From Callorhinchus milii (lineage: Eukaryota), in NCBI RefSeq assembly GCF_018977255.1, contig NW_024704742.1, forward strand, positions 23,686,001 through 23,750,000: DNA of 64,000 nucleotides. The letters are read 5' to 3'. Positions 60,101 through 64,000 of the stretch are shown here, in pieces. Numbering within the stretch: the stretch's first letter is position 1; each line of letters starts with the position of its first letter. The notes below the pieces were generated by a model that did not search any database, was not told the DNA's origin, and saw nothing but the letters and a program-made list of their open reading frames with translations. The translations under genes and the position numbers were made by a program.

Positions 60101-62342
60101 GAAGAACCTTCATCCTGCACCTTAAAGGTCTTTGCCACAGGCACAACTGAAGGTCTAGGAGCTAGAGCAAAGGGCTTAGGTGCAATAGCGGGATGTTTTT
60201 GAAAAGATGTGATCCTCTTTGCTACTGTAGGCCTCGGTGCTGGAACAGGAACGTGAAGCTTCCGATCCTCAGGTCTGTCCTTTGGAGTTCGATCTGCTTC
60301 ATTACTGAGGTGAAAAGAATCATTCGTCACACCGCCACTTGCCTTAACGTCGGCAAAGAGACTAACTTTAGATTTCTTGGGTGGTTCTGGCCTGAGACAG
60401 CTGCCGTGCTTGCAGACTGTGGTTTCGGCAGCAGTACTGGCCCCTGCCTCCCCACTGCTATAGGTTTGCTTTCAGTCCCTGTAGCAGAATCTCCCAAATT
60501 TCTGTGACCACAGAAGGTTTCAGGGCTAAAGTGGGCTTTGCGTGTGTTACTGCAGGTTTAAGCCCAAAGGATCGAGGGGCAGCTTCTGGTCTTTTTAAAG
60601 GCCTTGGAGCACAACCAGGTGTATTTTCAGAATCTGTCTGTGTTTCAAAGGCCTTGATCCTCGAATGAATGTTGTGCCCACCACCGTCTCCCATTGTGTC
60701 TTGGTTATCAAAATTGTCTTCTGTAGCTGGACCTTGGCACAATTCGAACAAAGGTATGCTGTCCGAGTCAGGTAGACTTTCTTTATCTTCTCCGTCAGAC
60801 GTCTCACTTGGAGCTTCTTTCCAAAGTACCTTCAAGTTCACTAAGGACCTGGGCTTTGGTATGGGACGCTCCACAACATCAGTGTTGGTTTGGACACTTT
60901 GTTCTTTACAGGAACTACTTCCTTCTCGCCTGGAACTACTTTCTTCCGTGCTGGAACTACTTTCTATTGAGATTAAAGATTCTTCAATTTCCACAGAAGG
61001 TATGGGGGTGAGAAACAGCGGCCTGGGGGGCTTCAGTGGTCTCGGAACTGGAACTGGAGAAAAGAAAAGATGAAAAAACAGGTTTGTAATAAAATTAAGT
61101 TTTCTATACACTTAATAAAACTAAGCAAATGAACCTCAACTAAACATTTTTTTAAAAAAAAATCTGTGTCTGGAAGCGATAGCGATGGAGTAATCCAATT
61201 GAGGGTTTCCAAGGAGATAATATAGGAGAAAAGTTCGAGCATCACCTGAACCTGACGTTAGATAAAGACTTTAACCCTCCAATATTTGATATTCTGACAC
61301 TCCCCTATTTTATATTCTGTACACTTTGGTTCATGATCGCCCACCTCTTTCCAAATCACTGACTGACGCCAAGGTACAAAAGGACTTGGCATTGTGATTG
61401 TGCAGGAGCTCAGTGGCAGATCGGCTATTTTGATGGTGATACGTAGAAGAACTTGCTACTTTTCCTGAAACATAAAAGAAGGGATGTGCTTGGATTATAG
61501 TCTGTACTGGTGTGCAGGTTCCAGGCGTTCCTACATTGCCTACATTCCTGAGATCAACAGCTGTCCTAAGAGGTTATGGCAGCTGCTGAAAAAANCCCTT
61601 GTTGCTGGATGACTAAACAAAGAGTGAGAGCAGGCTTCTACAGGTCACTGTATCACTTGTGAAGGGACACAGGGTCCTGGCAACCTTGCTACTCCACGCT
61701 GCTGGCCAAGACTGGTTCGCTTGACTAGTTTCTCGAGTCGACGACGAATTTGCCAGGTATAGACAATTTTTTTTTACTGCGAGCCCACCGCACTTTACAG
61801 AGGCTACATTCAGCCACCTGCCAGTAACTTCTACTGCTTGCTATGAACCTGGGTGGTTCCTTTACCCGTGCTCGGAGTCGTGTTGCTTATGTTAACAAGG
61901 TTGGCTTCGCCGATGCTGGTCTCCGGAGTCTCAACCTCCTGCACAAAGTCAGTCTGGGTTGAGGCACTGGTGGTCGTGCGTCTTGGAGCAGCATTAGCAG
62001 TCGTCACGATAACTTGCTGCTGGTTGATTTCGCGGATCACCTGCTCGTACGATGGGGGAGGCTGTAGGCAATAATAATAATAGACATTTTTGCAAAAAAA
62101 GGATCAGCAAAATACTTTTAAAAAGAAAGGAAATGCTAACAAAACAAAGAACGTCGTCTAACGAGAGGGAATGTCTTACTTCTGCAGCAACAGGCTCGTC
62201 GATTCGCCACAGTGACCGAGAATGGGCAGCGCTCTGCCTGCAATGGCCCTGCCTAGGAGACGGTATGCAGTCACCTGGGACTCCGGGATACCAAGGACTA
62301 GGACCTATGGGTTCTGCAGATAAGATAGTGATCTCCGGGCGT
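39028..62342 (-). CDS. SH3D19: SH3 domain-containing protein 19 (five SH3 domains, proline-rich N-terminal half); 18 exons in window, 5' exons outside; three 1-nt deletions
   Basis: Diagnostic motifs [56 protein letters not shown] and five SH3 repeats; exon phases chain correctly; tail-to-tail with RPS3A as in human. Confidence 0.95.
39778..40410 (-). mobile_element. Two tandem tRNA/Deu SINEs (39778-40101 full-length; 40128-40410 partial)
   Basis: Reverse-complement SINE copies. Confidence 0.9.
40647..40747 (-). CDS. SH3D19: SH3D19 exon
   Basis: [33 protein letters not shown]. Confidence 0.93.
40873..41059 (-). CDS. SH3D19: SH3D19 exon (SH3 #4)
   Basis: [29 protein letters not shown]...[12 protein letters not shown]. 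Confidence 0.95.
41163..41478 (-). mobile_element. tRNA/Deu SINE
   Basis: Reverse-complement copy with tRNA head. Confidence 0.85.
42861..42912 (-). CDS. SH3D19: SH3D19 short exon (52 nt; 53 needed for phase)
   Basis: [17 protein letters not shown] between a ccttag acceptor and a GTAACA donor. Confidence 0.7.
43672..43895 (-). CDS. SH3D19: SH3D19 exon (SH3 #3)
   Basis: [24 protein letters not shown]...[13 protein letters not shown]. Confidence 0.95.
44328..44401 (-). CDS. SH3D19: SH3D19 exon
   Basis: [24 protein letters not shown]; phase 0 to 2. Confidence 0.85.
44660..45060 (-). mobile_element. Older Deu-domain SINE (SacSINE1/AmnSINE-like); more decayed copies at ~15855-16340, ~16690-17030, ~37310-37630
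   Basis: Reverse complement contains ttgtcggaggtgccgtccttcagatcagacattaaac...ggtggatgttacagatcccatggcact, a Deu-like core. Confidence 0.7.
45303..45433 (-). CDS. SH3D19: SH3D19 exon (SH3 #2)
   Basis: [43 protein letters not shown]. Confidence 0.95.
45846..45921 (-). CDS. SH3D19: SH3D19 exon
   Basis: [25 protein letters not shown]. Confidence 0.92.
46448..46591 (-). CDS. SH3D19: SH3D19 exon (SH3 #1)
   Basis: [40 protein letters not shown]. Confidence 0.9.
47512..47580 (-). CDS. SH3D19: SH3D19 exon
   Basis: [23 protein letters not shown]. Confidence 0.92.
47774..50560 (-). mobile_element. L2 fragment (47774-48486 and 50459-50560) split by a CR1 insertion
   Basis: The two halves rejoin to match the L2 copy at ~23870-23980. 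Confidence 0.85.
48487..50458 (+). mobile_element. CR1 LINE, 5'-truncated, ~2 kb, with RT domain and intact 3' tail
   Basis: [45 protein letters not shown]; 3' (TTCTTATG)n tail; a few frameshifts and stops. Confidence 0.95.
51159..51420 (-). CDS. SH3D19: SH3D19 exon
   Basis: [25 protein letters not shown]...[17 protein letters not shown]. Confidence 0.95.
55324..57635 (+). mobile_element. Near-full-length hAT (Charlie/Buster, GTF2IRD2-like) DNA transposon with decayed transposase, inserted in a CR1 3' end
   Basis: TIRs CAGGGGCGGGCAA / TTGCCCACCCCTG; TSD GATTATCA / GGTGATCA. Transposase starts at ATG 55621 ([16 protein letters not shown]) with BED finger CLIC...[31 protein letters not shown] and [12 protein letters not shown], broken by frameshifts. 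Confidence 0.92.
57851..57918 (-). CDS. SH3D19: SH3D19 exon (putative)
   Basis: [22 protein letters not shown]; phase 0 to 2 as required by the neighbours; a competing AG lies 4 nt upstream. Confidence 0.6.
58243..58349 (-). CDS. SH3D19: SH3D19 exon
   Basis: [35 protein letters not shown]. Confidence 0.9.
59266..59373 (-). CDS. SH3D19: SH3D19 exon
   Basis: DPFQTLVRG...[16 protein letters not shown]. Confidence 0.93.
59979..61053 (-). CDS. SH3D19: SH3D19 large proline-rich exon with two 1-nt deletions (~60505, ~60397)
   Basis: [30 protein letters not shown]; 1075 nt where 1077 would be in phase. Confidence 0.88.
61345..61464 (-). CDS. SH3D19: Putative symmetric 120-nt SH3D19 cassette exon
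   Basis: cttttatgtttcag acceptor, G|GTGGGC donor, open in phase 1-1. Confidence 0.45.
61866..62061 (-). CDS. SH3D19: SH3D19 exon
   Basis: [14 protein letters not shown]...ASTQTDF. Confidence 0.9.
62180..62342 (-). CDS. SH3D19: SH3D19 exon
   Basis: [20 protein letters not shown]...[10 protein letters not shown]. Confidence 0.9.
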
Positions 62343-64000
62343 CTAGGGGGAAGATCAAAAAGTTACTTATAACATCCTCTAACATCCTGTAAAAAGTCCA
62401 AAAAAAGTCCAGGAAAAAAAAAACTCTGTAAGCATTCACTTCCCAATATTGCACAGAGCTATTTCTTTCTCTCCCCCCCATCAGAAAAAAAAATAATCGA
62501 GTAATAGAATTCTGAAGTGATAGGCAGAGTGACAAATGTTTTGTGGCGATATCCAACATGCTCATTGCACATAGAGCAAGAATCCACAAGCCACAGAATA
62601 ATAAAAATTGGAAAAATCACACACATCAGGGTAATGTTTGTGGAGCTTCATAACACCATTAGCTTCTCAATTATTGACAGGTTACAATCCCCAGAGGGAC
62701 ATGAAGGAGGCTGGAGCCAGCTGAGCCAACGCGACGGGTAGAGGAGTGGTGTGTAACTTTCCATCTTGCACTGGGTCAATGCAATGAAGCTCCAGAAGAC
62801 AATACCATGGAAACAGAAATTCTCTGCATAGAAGGAGGCCACTCAGCTCATCACCGAGGCCACTGGTTGCAATGGGTCACTAGGAAGTGTGACTGAGACC
62901 AGGACAGCTCAGGAGATCCAACACAGGGCTGAATGGCCTTCCTCTGTGCTGTAAATTTCTATGGTTCTATGACACTGGACACTTTACAAAAACCTGATGC
63001 TTCAATGGAAGGACATAGGATGGGTATTTCTGCAAGTTGAAATCCAATGGAACAATGTGATTTCTTCATTTCAACCTTTATTATCTTTTGACTGGGATCT
63101 ATTTTTTTTTGTTGCTAAACCAACTAATCCCAATTTCTAGCTCTCTCCCCGTATCTCTAAATGATTTTAAACTGCTCAGGTGCTTATCCAGTTGAACGTC
63201 ACCATTGACCTGGCCTGAAGAACCACTTATGTAGTAATCAATTTGAAGCTCTAACAAATCTGGGTAAAGAAATTCTTCTATTCTCTTCCCCAAATTTTAC
63301 TGCCAGCACAGCAGTAACTCTGATTCCGTAATATTCGCAGGGAACCTCAGAGTGGTTTCCTGGCATTTTCCACACGGAAAGAAAAATAGAGGAAAAGTCA
63401 TCCTCAGTCATCCACTCCAGTTTCTCCTCAAGTACGTCCTGAGCCAGCTGCTGGGTGTTGGTGCAGATCAATGTCACCTCTCTCACTGCGGGATGCGCAT
63501 GACCCAGAGAGGAAACTTATCCTGAGACCAACAAGCAAAGTTTCTTACCTCCTTTCTCTCTGCAGTTCAATCTGGGCTGCTGCACGACTTGATGCTGAAC
63601 AAGAAAAAGAGGAAGGGGGTGGGGGGAAAAAAAGAATCTGAGCAAGATTGAAGCAATAACTTGCTGCTGTAGTAGAGGCCAGTTAATGAAAGGATGAATT
63701 AGCAGCATTTATTGAACTAAAGCAAACAGATATCATGATTACCACAACATCGATGTGAAGATGTTTTTTTTCATGTAGCACCTATAGTATTGAAATATCT
63801 GTCTTGAATAAATCATAAGGTACAATGCACTAGTTTGAAGTCATTTGGGGGAGGGGAGTATGCGGGGGTCTCCTTGTAGCTGAGCTGGCTCCAGGGTGAC
63901 ATGCTTGGCAATGAAATGTTGGAAATGAGCCAGCCTTTTGTGGCGGTCTCGGTAGTCTGGTTCCTGAGTCAGGTAGTTCTGCGGTATCCCAGGGCACTGC

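Noticed and set aside
63238..63486. 82-aa ORF near the window end
   Set aside because: It runs into a CR1-like 3' fragment, and has no clear splice context or recognisable homology.
63935..63980. Possible upstream SH3D19 exon (NYLTQEPDYRDRHK)
   Set aside because: Needs a weak GC donor and a poor acceptor; similarity is marginal and it lies at the window edge.

Overview
This is vertebrate genomic DNA, most likely a cartilaginous fish; the tRNA/Deu-type SINE, L2 and CR1 repertoire points to a holocephalan such as Callorhinchus (inference). It covers the conserved LRBA - RPS3A - SH3D19 block. LRBA contributes its first coding exon (- strand, 9898-10206) and 5' CpG island. RPS3A is complete, with six exons (+, 27632-36395, 265 aa), a TCT/5'TOP start, two TCTCGCGAGA elements, an intronic U73/SNORD73-like C/D snoRNA and a decayed second copy. 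SH3D19 contributes 18 exons (-, 39028-62342; its 5' end lies outside the window) with three 1-nt deletions that are probably assembly errors. The rest is mostly SINEs, L2 and CR1 fragments, hAT MITEs and one near-full-length decayed hAT (Charlie/Buster-like) transposon, with several nested insertions. The most notable unexplained feature is an apparently decayed multi-exon protein-coding gene of unknown family on the - strand (about 20.8-27.4 kb), head-to-head with RPS3A. All exon structures were read by eye and no database search was run.
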